Positions 36,243 to 48,100 are shown, counted from the stretch's first letter. The stretch is DNA of 64,000 nucleotides from Alphaproteobacteria bacterium (GCA_028871895.1 JAGWLZ010000017.1:15933-79932); one strand, 5' to 3'. Translations and numbers: made by a program. Notes: generated by a model not told the origin, from the sequence alone.

Positions 36243-38597
36243 TCACGCTCGGACCTCGAAGTGAGCCTGAATCAGATCGGTCGAGTCTCCCCCGACCGAA
36301 ATGGTGAACATCCCAGGCTCGAGTGTCGGTTGCAGATCGTGGCCATAGAAACTCATGTCCTGCGGACCGATTTCGAAGGTCACGCGCCGACGCTCTCCCG
36401 CTTTGAGGTGGATTCGCTGAAATCCGCAAAGCTGAAGGACCGGACGCGTCACGCTTGCGACCTCGTCGCGCAGGTAGAGCTGCACGACTTCGTCACCATC
36501 CCGGTCGCCCGTATTTGCAACCGTCACCTCGGCGCGCAGGCGATCACCGACACGAATTTTGGAGCTGCTGAGTCTGAGTTTGCCGTAAGCGAAAGTCGTA
36601 TAGCTGAGGCCGTGACCGAATGAAAAAAGCGGTGTCCACGGCACGTCGATGTATTTGGACGTGTTCGTAACATCGAGCTGCGGTGGACGTCCGGTTGGCT
36701 TGTGGTCGTAATAGAGGGGCACCTGCCCGACGGCACGCGGAAAGGTGACTGGAAGTCGTCCGGCCGGGCTGAAATCCCCGAAAATCACATCCGCTATCGC
36801 GGGACCGGCTTCAACACCAGGAAACCAGGCAAGGAGAATCGCCGGTACGTTTTCCGCAAGCCAGTCGATGGCCAACGGGCGACCAGCAAACAGAAGCACG
36901 GCGAGGGGTTTGTCGATAGCGATGGCCTGGATGGTCCTCGCCAACGCGTCCTGTTTGCCGGGTAAGCCCAACGAGCTGCGGCTTCTGGCTTCACCAGTCA
37001 TATCGCCGTCCTCCCCTAGAAACAGAAGGACTGCATCCGCTTCACGGGCGATTCGCTCTGCCTCGGCGAAACCGTCGTCGTCTGCCCCGTCGATGGTGAC
37101 ACCGTTGGCATAGGTCAGCCGTATACCGGAGCCAATGCGTGAACGGATGGCCTCAAGCGGCGTGATCACATCGCTGGCCTGTCCCGCCCCAATCCAGCTT
37201 CCCAGCATCGCCCGATGGTCGTCGGCAAGCGGACCGATCACGGCAAGAGTTCCGATGTCCTTGGCAAACGGAAGGACCTGCTTGTCATTCTTGAGAAGCA
37301 CGAATGATTTCCGCGCCGCATCCCTGGCCAGAGCGCGGTGTTGGGGCATCAGCGTATAACTGCGTTCGCGTGCAGCGTTGCAATACCGATAGGGGTCGGC
37401 AAAAAGGCCGAGGCGTACCTTCGTGCGCAGCACGCGCCGAACGGCATCGTCGAGCGCGACCTCATCGAACTTGTTGCCGCGGAACGCCGCCGGCAGGTCA
37501 TTGACGTAGACGCCGCCGTCCATGTCGACATCGATGCCCGCCTGGAAAGCTAGGATCCCTGCCGTCTCACGATCACCCGCCACGCCATGCGCCATCAACT
37601 CGGGAATGCCCGCGTAATCACTTACGACGATGCCGTCAAAACCCCATCCCCGGCGCAGAAGCCCTTCGATCAGCGCCTGGTTGGCGTGCATCGGGACTCC
37701 GGCGATCTCGTTGAACGCCGCCATCACCGATTGCGCGCCAGCTTCAAGGGCAGCGCGGAACGGCGGGAGATAGATCTCATGAAGCGTTCGCTGCGATATA
37801 TCAACGGTGTTGTAGTCGCGACCGCCTTCCGCGGCTCCATAGGCCGCAAAATGCTTGACGGTGGCGAGCAGCGTATCGATCGCCGCCAAACTCTCTCCCT
37901 GGAAGCCGCCCACCCTCGCGCCAGCGAAGCACGAGCCAAGATAGGGGTCCTCACCGGCACCCTCGACGATGCGGCCCCAGCGCGGATCGCGAGCGATATC
38001 GACCATTGGGGCGAAGGTCCAGTGAATGCCGTGGGCGGTAGCTTCGATTGCGCCTGCGCGAGCGGTCTGTCGAGCCACCGCCGGGTCAAAGCTGGCCGCC
38101 TCGCCAAGGGGCACCGGAAAAATCGTGCGCAGGCCGTGGATGACGTCGAAGGCAAACAAGAGCGGAATACCGAGGCGGGACTGCTCGGCGGCGATTTTCT
38201 GCAGACCACGCGTGTAGTCGGCCCCGCAAATGCTCAGAAATGATCCGATCAACCCGGCCCGGATTCTCTCTTCGCTGCCCGGCGGCACTGAGGGGCCCGC
38301 CTCACTCATGCTGCCCAGCACCTGGGTCAGCTGACCAAGCTTTTCCTCAAGGGTCATGCGGGGTAGGAGCGCATCGATGATCGCTTCTTCACCCTTGACC
38401 GCAAAGGAATCTTTGCGAGCGATTTGCGCTAGGGCTTGCGTCCACCGGTTCTTCTTGGTCGGTGCCGGAACGCCGGCTCGCCCCTCCGCGGCGAACAGTG
38501 GCGTAGACGCCACGGCGGCTACACCGGCGGAGCAGCGAAAAAGATGGCGCCTTGTGACCTGAACACCAGCGCTATCCATCTTGCTGCGGTCGACCAT
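36243..38597 (-). CDS. bglX: GH3 beta-glucosidase with Tat-like signal
   Basis: TRRHLF; MTLEEKLGQL, SRLGIPL.F..DVIHG, DPRWGR..EG.GEDP, KHFAAYG, VVSDY nucleophile, GE..SR..L.LP, fibronectin-like C-terminus. Confidence 0.93.
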   Translation of the reverse strand: MVDRSKMDSAGVQVTRRHLFRCSAGVAAVASTPLFAAEGRAGVPAPTKKNRWTQALAQIARKDSFAVKGEEAIIDALLPRMTLEEKLGQLTQVLGSMSEAGPSVPPGSEERIRAGLIGSFLSICGADYTRGLQKIAAEQSRLGIPLLFAFDVIHGLRTIFPVPLGEAASFDPAVARQTARAGAIEATAHGIHWTFAPMVDIARDPRWGRIVEGAGEDPYLGSCFAGARVGGFQGESLAAIDTLLATVKHFAAYGAAEGGRDYNTVDISQRTLHEIYLPPFRAALEAGAQSVMAAFNEIAGVPMHANQALIEGLLRRGWGFDGIVVSDYAGIPELMAHGVAGDRETAGILAFQAGIDVDMDGGVYVNDLPAAFRGNKFDEVALDDAVRRVLRTKVRLGLFADPYRYCNAARERSYTLMPQHRALARDAARKSFVLLKNDKQVLPFAKDIGTLAVIGPLADDHRAMLGSWIGAGQASDVITPLEAIRSRIGSGIRLTYANGVTIDGADDDGFAEAERIAREADAVLLFLGEDGDMTGEARSRSSLGLPGKQDALARTIQAIAIDKPLAVLLFAGRPLAIDWLAENVPAILLAWFPGVEAGPAIADVIFGDFSPAGRLPVTFPRAVGQVPLYYDHKPTGRPPQLDVTNTSKYIDVPWTPLFSFGHGLSYTTFAYGKLRLSSSKIRVGDRLRAEVTVANTGDRDGDEVVQLYLRDEVASVTRPVLQLCGFQRIHLKAGERRRVTFEIGPQDMSFYGHDLQPTLEPGMFTISVGGDSTDLIQAHFEVRA

Positions 38598-38642
38598 GGC
38601 GTTTGTCCGTGGTTGTGGACTGCCGAGAATCTCCAGGGCAGC

Positions 38643-40268
38643 CTATTTGCAGATGAAGCTTGCAGCGTCGTCCGGATTGCCGGTTCCGTCGTAGTGGGCC
38701 GTTTTCGGGAAAGGACATAGCGGCCTCGACAGGATGGGCTTGTCGTCCTTCACCTGTGTCGCCATGATCCGAGCCGGTGCCTTGTCGTTCTCGACCCAAT
38801 TGACCATGGCTTTGAGGGGATCAAACTGCGTAAGGCCGGCCCCACCCCCGCAGTGCTGTACGCCTGGTACCATGAAGAGCCTGACCGATTGATCGATGGA
38901 CGGTTGTCCCGGGTATGTTCGGATCGACGTTCTTATCCTTTCGTAGAGATCAATCGACATGGCCGGCGGAATTGCCGGATCGGCCCAGCCGTGCCAGATG
39001 ATCAGTTTGCCGCCCATGCGTATGAAAGGTCCTAAGTCCGTATCGTCGGCATCCAGCAGCCCGCCAAGCCTCGTTTCAAGCGACTTGGCGCTGATCTTCA
39101 TCGCGAACATCCGCGCGTCGTAGTTCGGATCACCAAAGGCTATGTAGCGCAGGAATTGCTCGCCCAGCAGGAACTGGTTTGGGCCGATGCCGACATCGCC
39201 ACCTTGCGGCAGGATATCACCACGAAAAGCGAGCCGACCCGTCTTGTCGGCCAAAGGAGGCTTTGTGCCGAAAAACCATTTCGGCCACCCCCAGGAGAGG
39301 TCGACATCGCGATCGCTGCCAGACATCACATTGTATCCGAAATAGCCCTGCCCACTTACTGCAAAGCGCGGCGTAACCATATTGTCGATGGTGGAACGCT
39401 GCGCCGGTGTCAGGCAGGATGGGTCCTTCTTCCCAGGCCTGCACAAAAGCACCTTCAGACTTGTCTTGCACTGTCGTGGATCGGTGATGATGCCATCCTG
39501 GACACCGTCCTGGCTACCACAGGTCTTGGCAGCCAAGGTATCGATGGCGGTGAACGCCTTTGAAGGAATCCAGTTCGCCTTCGACTTTAGGATGGTCTCA
39601 CCGTTCTCGATGAAGGTTATCAGGAGCTTCGAATAATCCCAGGCCGGAGAACCGGCGATGATTCCGTCAAATGTGCTCGGAAACCGTTCCGCTTCAACAA
39701 CAGCCTGCCGACCGCCAGCCGAGCACCCCTGAAAATAGGAGTGCATCGGAACCTGACCATAATAGGCAGCTGTGATGGCCTTCAGATCGCGGGCCGCAAG
39801 TGCGGTGCCGGACTCAAAATGATTGAGCACGCTTACCGGGTTGTTAAGCGCCCAGCTCGCATCCTGGACGGATGTACCTTTGTGACCAGTGTCACTTGTC
39901 CCGGTCGCATACCCTTCGGTGAGGCCCGACTCTATCGGATCGAGCTTTCCAGCAAAGCCGCCAATGCCGAAGAAAAGATAACGCTTGTTCCATTGGTCCG
40001 GCAATCCGAGCACAAACCCGATTTGTGAGCCGTGGTCGATATGGCCAAAAATAGAGCAGTAGGTCGGCACTCCGGTTACCGCGGCCACATGAATCACGCG
40101 ATCGATATGGATCGGCGCACTAACAAGGCCGGCAACATGCTCAACGGAGCAGGCCGAAGGACCCTCAGCCCCAGTCCCTGCATAGAGCGGAGCCGTCGTT
40201 GTGACTAATGCTGCCATAACGGCACAGACCGCGGTTGCATTTGTAATCTTCAAACCGTTCTCCTCCAA
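38643..40268 (-). CDS. Tannase/feruloyl esterase family, exported
   Basis: Signal peptide; YF.GCSAGGRQ (Ser), R.P..FDGIIAG.PA, HGWADP (Asp), RLFMVPGVQHCGGG (His), RPLCPFP..A.Y.G.G. Confidence 0.92.
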   Translation of the reverse strand: MEENGLKITNATAVCAVMAALVTTTAPLYAGTGAEGPSACSVEHVAGLVSAPIHIDRVIHVAAVTGVPTYCSIFGHIDHGSQIGFVLGLPDQWNKRYLFFGIGGFAGKLDPIESGLTEGYATGTSDTGHKGTSVQDASWALNNPVSVLNHFESGTALAARDLKAITAAYYGQVPMHSYFQGCSAGGRQAVVEAERFPSTFDGIIAGSPAWDYSKLLITFIENGETILKSKANWIPSKAFTAIDTLAAKTCGSQDGVQDGIITDPRQCKTSLKVLLCRPGKKDPSCLTPAQRSTIDNMVTPRFAVSGQGYFGYNVMSGSDRDVDLSWGWPKWFFGTKPPLADKTGRLAFRGDILPQGGDVGIGPNQFLLGEQFLRYIAFGDPNYDARMFAMKISAKSLETRLGGLLDADDTDLGPFIRMGGKLIIWHGWADPAIPPAMSIDLYERIRTSIRTYPGQPSIDQSVRLFMVPGVQHCGGGAGLTQFDPLKAMVNWVENDKAPARIMATQVKDDKPILSRPLCPFPKTAHYDGTGNPDDAASFICK

Positions 40269-40347
40269 TCCGCTCTTAGGCGCTGGTCAGATCGCCGCGA
40301 GACCTTGTTCCGCCGGCGTGCGCCAACCACTTGGCTGCGTCGCGCAC

Positions 40348-41535
40348 CTAGACTTTCGATCTCGCCCGCCTCGTCTTGCGTCCAAGGTGGCGATCGAAAA
40401 AGCGCCCAACGATGTCGTAGACCTCGCGGGATTCAGGCAGTGTCGGGTCCATCATGAACGCGTGCCAGAGTCCATCGAAGACGAACAGCTGCGAGTCGAC
40501 GCCGGCCTCCCACAATTTGCGTTGCATCATCGTCTCAGAACTCACTGAGAAATCCCGGCTGCCGGCGAGAAGCAGTGTCGGTGGAAACGCGGCCAGCAGT
40601 TTTGGTGACTGGATGGGAAATGCCAGAAGATCGTGGGCATCGACGCCCTTGAAGTACGGTAGCGCCGAAAGGAGCAATGGCTTCCCCCCCGGCGGAACTG
40701 GAGGTTGACCGGCCAATACAGGCGCAAGATAGCCGGAATCGCCATCAAACTCCGCGCCGGTGCCACACATGCTGACAATCGCGCCGGGTTTTGGCAGGTT
40801 ATGCGTGGCAAACCAAGCAACCGCCTCCGCTGCCAGGATTCCGCCCGCCGAGCAACCAAAGATACCAATGTTCTCCGGCCTATAGCTTTTCAAGAGAGCC
40901 TTGTAGACCGCGGCGACGTCCTCCGAGGCGGCCGGAAACGCATATTCGGGCGCCATGCGATAGTCGACCGTTATGACCTTGATTCGATTCGTTGCCGCGT
41001 ACGGAATTGACTCGACGAGCGCTTCGCTCTCGGCGCCCCACATAAATCCTCCGCCGTGCAGATTTATCAGCACCCGCTGGCGGTTGCGGGCAGCAATGCC
41101 TTCTTTCGGCATTATGACCCGCGTCTCAACTCCGCCAATCGTCTCTGGCGTGATGGTCACGGCATAAACCTTGTCCATCTTGGCAAGCTGCTCGTCCGGA
41201 TACTTGCGTTGGTACGCCCGAAACGCCTTGATGTCGCCATGAAAATCGGGGGTCGGCGGAGTCTTGAGCGCAGCCAACGCAGCCTGCAGCGCTTCAGGGC
41301 TCGCATAATCTGAGAAGGGAATGTCCGCGTTCGTGATGTGAATGGTTCCCGGAACGGCCGTGCCTGCTGACATGCCGGGTGTGGCGGGCTCTTCCGCGAC
41401 GGCGCTGACCGATGTGAGCAAAGCGCACATCAGGATAGTAAGGACACAGCGCACAACCGTGCCAGCACTCTTTCGAGGCAACAAGCGCCTAAATAGGGGT
41501 GTGTTTGATCTGAAAGGTTCGTCAGTTCCGGTCAT
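40348..41535 (-). CDS. HSL-family alpha/beta esterase with N-terminal signal/TM segment
   Basis: LHGGGF, VDYRMAPE..FPAA.ED, GCSAGG (Ser), AGSRDF (Asp), GLWHAF (His). Confidence 0.88.
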   Translation of the reverse strand: MTGTDEPFRSNTPLFRRLLPRKSAGTVVRCVLTILMCALLTSVSAVAEEPATPGMSAGTAVPGTIHITNADIPFSDYASPEALQAALAALKTPPTPDFHGDIKAFRAYQRKYPDEQLAKMDKVYAVTITPETIGGVETRVIMPKEGIAARNRQRVLINLHGGGFMWGAESEALVESIPYAATNRIKVITVDYRMAPEYAFPAASEDVAAVYKALLKSYRPENIGIFGCSAGGILAAEAVAWFATHNLPKPGAIVSMCGTGAEFDGDSGYLAPVLAGQPPVPPGGKPLLLSALPYFKGVDAHDLLAFPIQSPKLLAAFPPTLLLAGSRDFSVSSETMMQRKLWEAGVDSQLFVFDGLWHAFMMDPTLPESREVYDIVGRFFDRHLGRKTRRARSKV

Positions 41536-41734
41536 CGTTTTCTCCCAATTCGTGCGCCGCGTGCCTCGCCCATCTTCTGCGATCATCTCGCCGCGGACTG
41601 CCTCGCAACGCCGGCCTCTGCGGCCTTCCGATCGCAGCGATTTCTGTCCGAATACCGAGCCGTGCATGCACCGCCTTAAGGCGACGCATGCACGCCGCGT
41701 TGGATTTCGTGAAGTTTGGCTGTTTTTACCCTGA

Positions 41735-44011
41735 TCAGAAGTTTCTGTGCAGTTCAATGCCGACCATCCTCGGTTCTCCGTACACCGTCGAAACAAGTCC
41801 GGACGAGATGTAGGTCGGATTGCTGAGGATGCGATACGTTTTGTTTCCGACGTTTGTGACGAAGACCGATGCCCCCCAATCGCCCCTTGTCCAATCCAAA
41901 CGAAGATTGGCGAGCATGTAGCCGCTGATCGTGTCGAACGGCTCGACATCGTCTGCGACCACCATCTTGCTTTGATAGGATACAGTCCCACCAAGCGTCA
42001 GCTCGCCCCATGAACTGTCGAACGGCAGTTTGTAGCGAGCGTCCACACTGACTTTGTGCTTCGGCGTGTATTCGAAGGGATGGTCCGTGAAGTCCTGTCC
42101 GATCGGAGTGATGTAGCGGTTATAGTGCGCGTCATTGCTGGAGTATGTCACCGACAAGGTCACCGGATCGATCGGGATGACGGTTGCTGCGAGCTCGATG
42201 CCCTGAATGGTGGCGGATGCGGCATTACTCGTGATCTGCAGCGGCAAACCTAAAACGGTCGCATAGACGCTTCTTTGGACGTCGTTGTAGTCGGTGTGGA
42301 ATGCATCCAGATCAACCCGCGCCGGCATACCGGCGACTTCAAACTCGGACTTGACGCCCAATTCGACATCAAGAGCCTTTTCAGGTTTGTAAGCGTAATA
42401 GACGTTGTTTGTCGGGACGGACGCGTTAAATCCGCCGCTCTTGTAGCCCTGGCTCGCACGCATGTAGAGCATCGTACGATCTGAGGTGTGGTAGTCGACG
42501 CCAAGCGTCCAGGAGGCCCCACTGCTGTTCGAGCTGTTTGCTTGGAAGCAGTTAGGCAAGAACGACGCCAGCGGCGCCGGCCCGGTGACGCAGAGACCCG
42601 TAATGACACCTGGGATCGTGCCGGACGAGCTGACGCCCTCGTACACATAATCCCACGTATAGCGGTACCCGGCAGTTAAGTTGATCCCTTCAAAAGCCGG
42701 CGAAAGCGCGCCGAGATCCAATGTCGCCTGCCCATAGTAGGCTCTGCTACGTGCCTTATCGTCCTTGCGGTCTTGATGAACCAGATAGCCAAGCGAGGCA
42801 AGGAAGTCGATATTGTAAGTCTGTGGACCGGGATTGTGCGTGTACTCGAAGTACGCACCGGCCTGCCAGGTAAGGCCGTCGTGCAAGCCATGACCTTGGA
42901 GATGAAAATCTTCGGTGAAGGTCGCTCGGTCATCGGACCACCCACCGGGGTCCGCTCCTGTCAAATCTGCGACGGCAAGCGGACTCGCGTCGGCATCAAT
43001 GCCGCCGTTATTCTGATAGTGCGAATAGCTGAAAACGTTCTTGATCGTGAGAAGATCGGGAACAACTTCCCAACTCGCGTTGTCGACGACGTCCAGAGCT
43101 CGTGACTTTTGGACTTCTGGATAGTCGTAGGACACTCTACTGGGGCCGCGCACCTGCTGCAATGCCAGATAAGGCATCAATGCCGGTTCGACATTAGGGT
43201 CAGCCGCTACCAGAACATAACCCGCGCCGTGCTGATTGTAGTAGACATACTGCGCCACCAAGTAGTTCTCGAAACCTTCGAACGGCTTGGCGAGAACGCC
43301 GAGGCGAAACGACCGGCTGTGTCGGTCGTTATAGTCGATGTTGGTCACGATATCGCGCGTGTATCCGGTTTGGTCGTCCGTCATCCCCGCCACGCGGAAT
43401 GAGAGCCAGTCCAACACCGGTACGTTCACAGCCGCTTCGTACTGCATGCGCCCAAAATCACCGAGGATCGCATCGGCATAGCCGCCGAATTCGTTCGACG
43501 GCCTTACCGGCTCCATCAGGACGGCGCCACCTGTGGTGTTGCGGCCAAACAGAGTACCCTGGGGGCCTTTGAGAACCTGGAGGCTCTCGAGGTCGAAAAA
43601 TACGCCGGGGCCACCTGCGTTCGTGGGCGCCTCGGCAAGATAAGCCACAACTCCGGGGCCGCCGCCTGGCCCGCCGCCGGTCAAATTGCCCGTGGGACCA
43701 ATGCCACGGATAGTAAACGAATCGGGGGCCGTTGCGATCGTCAGCACGTCGAGCGACGGCACGAAATTCTGCAAGTCGTTTGCCGTCTGGATGTTCTTCT
43801 GATCGAGATCGTTCTGACTGAATGCGGTGATGGCGACGGGAACGTTCAGTTCGTTCTCGCGCGTGCGCGTGGCCGTGACAATGACTGTCTCGATCTGACC
43901 TACGTTCGCTGCCTCCGTCGAAGATCCGCTCCCCTGATCCTGCGCCAATGCTGGATGCGAGCACAGCGCAAGCACCGACACGGTTGCCGCAAGACGGTAT
44001 TGTGCTTTCAT
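41735..44011 (-). CDS. TonB-dependent receptor 2
   Basis: Signal peptide, IETVIVTATR, LQVLKGPQGTLFGRNTTGGAV, GYKSGGFN, terminal GEPRMVG...NF. Confidence 0.93.
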   Translation of the reverse strand: MKAQYRLAATVSVLALCSHPALAQDQGSGSSTEAANVGQIETVIVTATRTRENELNVPVAITAFSQNDLDQKNIQTANDLQNFVPSLDVLTIATAPDSFTIRGIGPTGNLTGGGPGGGPGVVAYLAEAPTNAGGPGVFFDLESLQVLKGPQGTLFGRNTTGGAVLMEPVRPSNEFGGYADAILGDFGRMQYEAAVNVPVLDWLSFRVAGMTDDQTGYTRDIVTNIDYNDRHSRSFRLGVLAKPFEGFENYLVAQYVYYNQHGAGYVLVAADPNVEPALMPYLALQQVRGPSRVSYDYPEVQKSRALDVVDNASWEVVPDLLTIKNVFSYSHYQNNGGIDADASPLAVADLTGADPGGWSDDRATFTEDFHLQGHGLHDGLTWQAGAYFEYTHNPGPQTYNIDFLASLGYLVHQDRKDDKARSRAYYGQATLDLGALSPAFEGINLTAGYRYTWDYVYEGVSSSGTIPGVITGLCVTGPAPLASFLPNCFQANSSNSSGASWTLGVDYHTSDRTMLYMRASQGYKSGGFNASVPTNNVYYAYKPEKALDVELGVKSEFEVAGMPARVDLDAFHTDYNDVQRSVYATVLGLPLQITSNAASATIQGIELAATVIPIDPVTLSVTYSSNDAHYNRYITPIGQDFTDHPFEYTPKHKVSVDARYKLPFDSSWGELTLGGTVSYQSKMVVADDVEPFDTISGYMLANLRLDWTRGDWGASVFVTNVGNKTYRILSNPTYISSGLVSTVYGEPRMVGIELHRNF

Positions 44012-44230
44012 TGTCGAACCTCCCCTCAGATTTATTACCTTCGCGAACACTTTTTGGGTTCGCGCGCGAGAGGGTCAGCGTTCAACAGTCGGTGGGAATA
44101 CTGCGTTCCAGCAGCAGTTATAGATCAATAACTTCGATATAAGAATGTACCGCTGCGTTGCTTGATTCCTTCGGAACTGGGCTCAACCCTTCACGCGAAG
44201 TTCATAATCCGGGCCATCAACTTGATGGTA

Positions 44231-44246
44231 AGTAACATACGGTAAG
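44231..44246. promoter_or_regulatory. Motif shared with the TonB receptor 3 upstream region
   Basis: AGTAACATACGGTAAG; 14/16 identical to 52246-52261. Confidence 0.45.
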
Positions 44247-44507
44247 TTAATTACCTTCTAAGGATATTTGAGAATTAAGTGTTGCGCTTCCGACACAGCG
44301 TATCGCGTTCCAGATCTCCGCTGGCAGAACCAAGCGCAGCCGCACCACGCAATCCCCAAAGACATCGTCGCATCCCACACAAAGCGATCGTCACCGGGCG
44401 CCGTCTGTAGCGTTGAGGTTACCCTTGAGATCGTTGCCGTTTTGGATCAACTCACGCCGACGCCTGAGCCAAGTCTGTTGGCGGCCACGCATCACCATCT
44501 TGTATCT

Positions 44508-45062
44508 TCAGACAGACAGAAAAAGACCGATCAGAAACCACGTAGCAGACCGATCTGGCGAGAGCGCTGGAAATATTCCGATTTCGCCGTCAAGTGCTTG
44601 CTGGACGCCATACTTTACAATTTGTCTACGACGATAGATTGGAGTGCGCGTCCGCAGAACATACCCGAAGTCTGCAAGGAGAATCGCTTGGTCCGTCGAG
44701 GTATATATTTCAGAAGTGCGCTTGCCGGTGATATCGCAATTATATCGACGGTGTAGAGCACTGCCGGCTAAACGGACATATAAATCGTGTCCGTCGTCGA
44801 TAGGTTCCCACACCATCAAATGACACATTATATCGGATAAAGCGCGCGATGGAATATCTTTGCCGACAACGAACCCGCCGTTTGAATTGCGATCGCGCCA
44901 AACCTCGATAAGTTTCAGAAGACCAGGTTGTGAGGGCTTGTCCAGGAAAGACCAAAATCGCGACGCATCGGTCTGCAAATCGACTTCCCCAGGTAACGTA
45001 CCAGTCGAGATCATCCTATTTGTCGCCCAAGATAGATAATCCTGGTTCGAGTTCTGACACAT
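44508..45062 (-). CDS. Standalone PAS-fold (PAS_5/DUF1457-like) protein
   Basis: L...W...R.......D.P...L.....H.M..E......D..VRLAG..L......DITG pattern typical of this family. Start uncertain (45062 or 45014). Confidence 0.6.
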   Translation of the reverse strand: MCQNSNQDYLSWATNRMISTGTLPGEVDLQTDASRFWSFLDKPSQPGLLKLIEVWRDRNSNGGFVVGKDIPSRALSDIMCHLMVWEPIDDGHDLYVRLAGSALHRRYNCDITGKRTSEIYTSTDQAILLADFGYVLRTRTPIYRRRQIVKYGVQQALDGEIGIFPALSPDRSATWFLIGLFLSV

Positions 45063-45158
45063 ATAGGTTAGCTAACTCTTAAGATTTGCATGGCCACCGT
45101 AGTGGCGCGCCTTCGAAGCGCCGCCCGGCGGGCCCACCTCGTGACGAAAACGCAACTC

Positions 45159-48100
45159 CTAACCCCCGGGCGAATTACTCAATAGATCAAGCGATTCCCG
45201 TGCTCGTTGTTCAAATACTGGCGCCTCCTGGGTTTGAGCAACATTGATTGCCCGCAATAAGAGTCGCTGCGCGCCAGCAACGTCCGGCTTGGGACATTGT
45301 AAAAGAAGTTTTGCAGTCAAGCGGTTGTACTCGGCTTCCCACACGCGCTCATCGTGCTCCTCGATGAACTGAAGTGCGGAGGCGGCAAGCTCCAGACCTT
45401 GCTCGGTTTTTTTGAGCTGGCAGCAAATCTCGGCACCCAGGAGCAGAAGACATGAGATGAGGTAGCGTTCGCGGAATTGCCGGATAAAATCGACCAACCT
45501 ATCAAGATGGATGATATGTCCGTCGCGCCGAAAACTTACCCATTCGACACTGGCTGTCCCAAACGGCTGCCAATAACGGCACTCACGCTCGGTACAGACC
45601 GTCTGCAATTGGTCGTTATAGGTCAGGATGGCCTCAAGATCGTCGCAGCAGGTCGAATAGAATATCAGCCAGGAAAGAACCATCGCCAAGGTGGATGGAT
45701 CGTTCTTAGCTTCCGCTATGGTCAACGCCTGTACCGCAAAGGCCTTAGCCTCGTCAAAATGACCGAGATGCCAAACGGTCCACGACAAGTAGGCGGCAGA
45801 CGCAGCTCCTGGATCAAAGCCAAACCGCGGGCCGTGGCGATTGATGTCATAGAGTGCAAGGGCTCTTTTAAAATGCGTACGAGCCTCGCTGAACTTTCCG
45901 CGAAAGGCTGCACTCGCGCCAAGCAGGCGACACGCTTCCACTTCCAGCAAGTCGTCGTCTGCAATTCGAGCTGATAAGTTTGCGAATTCGTTTGCCAGGG
46001 TAACAGCAGACGGCCAGTCGCCACGCCCGGCGGCGTGCGTCCAAAGTCCGTAGACAGCGTTGGCTAAAAAGTGTTCCTTGCCGGGCTCAGCCGCCAGTGA
46101 CTTTGCTCTTTGGTAGATTGCCAAAAGTTCTTGATCCCCGTACCCGCGGGCGTTTCGCGTGACAGAGCCAAGGTCGATCAACACTTCAAGTTCGCGTTCG
46201 CGGTTGCTTTGGCTTGGTGGGAGCGCTTTAAGGGCATCCAGCGCCAGATCAAAATCCGTGATCGCCTCCGCAAGCGCGTAACGGCTTGCAGCTTTCCGTC
46301 CTGCGTCGACCCAAAACGGAATTGCCTCGTCAGGCCGCCCTGCGTCTAGCATATGTTTCGCAACAAGCTCGGGATGCTCTGAAGCTGTTTCTGGAAAGGA
46401 ATCGATGAGCAGGTTACCGACCTTGTAATGCAAATCGCGGCGGGAGTAATCGAGCATCGAGCCGTAGGCGGCATCCCGCAGTAAGGCGTGACGAAAAGAG
46501 AAGGAGTTTGACGTTTCACCTCCCTGCAGGACGATCACACCCGCGGCCAGCAGCTGATCAAGCGCCGTATCAACGTCAGCTTCGGGGTGTTCGGAAGCCA
46601 ATATGAGCAAGCTCCGGGTGAATTGGCGGCCGATGACCGCCGCCAACTGCGCAACCTTCCGCGTCGATCCAAGCCGATCAAGTTGTGATACCAAGAGATC
46701 ACTGAGGCTCTCGGGCACACGTGCCTCGCTCAATTGGCTCTCGTCCGATGCCAGGAATAGCTTGGTCAGTTCTTCCAGGAAGAGTGGAATGCCCTCCGCT
46801 TTTTGGAGAATCTGGAACCGGGTGTTCGCCGAAATGGCGGTCGAGCCAAGAACCTGGTTAATCAACTCATTGCAATCGGCCGCTGGCAGACGTGCTAGAC
46901 GCATGGAGGTCACATTGGTTTGCCGAGCAAGACAGACCGGCAAATCATCGCGGCTTGTGAGCAGCACCATGAGCGGAATGCTCGCCGCAAGCCTCAGGAG
47001 ATCTTCGAGAACCTCGATCGTTGTTGGATCGGCCCAATGAATGTCCTCAATGAGGAGAATCGTGGGCCGGGCCTGTGCCTGGGCACACAGGATGTGCTTA
47101 AAGAGGTTAAGTGTCAGGTCCTTCTGCTGGCTCGCCGACAGCGTGCTTAGAGCTTCGTCGCCCGATCTCGACAGCATGGCACAGAGCAATGCCTTGTTGA
47201 GAGAATTACTCAAATCGAAACGGGCGAGATAGGCGTCGAGAAGAGAGTCCGCTGCAGTTTCTTCCTCTGACTCGATACTGATCTGATCTTTCACCAACTC
47301 GACGAATGGATAAAGCGTGCTGTTGGGATGGTGTGATGAACATTGGACGCGGACTTGCGCACCCTCGTCCTTCATGCGGTCCAGCACAGACTCTGCGAGT
47401 TTTGACTTACCGATTCCGGCGTCCCCAATCAGGGCCACCCCTTGGCCTTCGCTTTGAAGCGCTAGGCGCCACCGGCTCAGCACCAATGCGACCTCTTCCT
47501 GACGTCCGATGATTGACGACTGGCTACCCGCGTGCGCGGCTTGGAAGCGCGTCATGACGGGTCTGGCTTTCAGAAGGCGCCACAGGAGTAATGGCTCACG
47601 TCCGTCGTCATGCAAGGTGCCCGCTGGGACAAGATCGAAGAACGTGCCCGAAAGCCGCCGCGTTGATTCGGCGATTAGAATTCCGTTCAATGGCGTCTTC
47701 ACCAGAATCTTTGTGGCGATTGCCGGCGCCTCACCGACAACGTTCGGCCGCAGAGAGCCCGTGTCTGGCCCCTGGCCCGCGCGGGTCACTACCTCACTGG
47801 TAGCCACACCAATGCGAAGGCCAAGTGCCGTACCATCGCAGGATCCCGGCAATTCACTTATCATCTCAAGTGCTGCCGTCAGCGCACGACCAGCGGCATC
47901 CTCCAGAGCGTTTGGCCAGCCAAAGTAAACGATCAAGCGATCGCTGGCCCCGCCGTCCACCGCGCCGCCATGATGCTTTGCGATTGCGCTACAACGCGCG
48001 TGTAACTCATCGAACGAACTGAGAAAATCGCTTTCGATCGAATAGACCGCGACGTTCTGCTCATCACCGAATGCGCAGGATATGACCGTAACAAGCCGGC

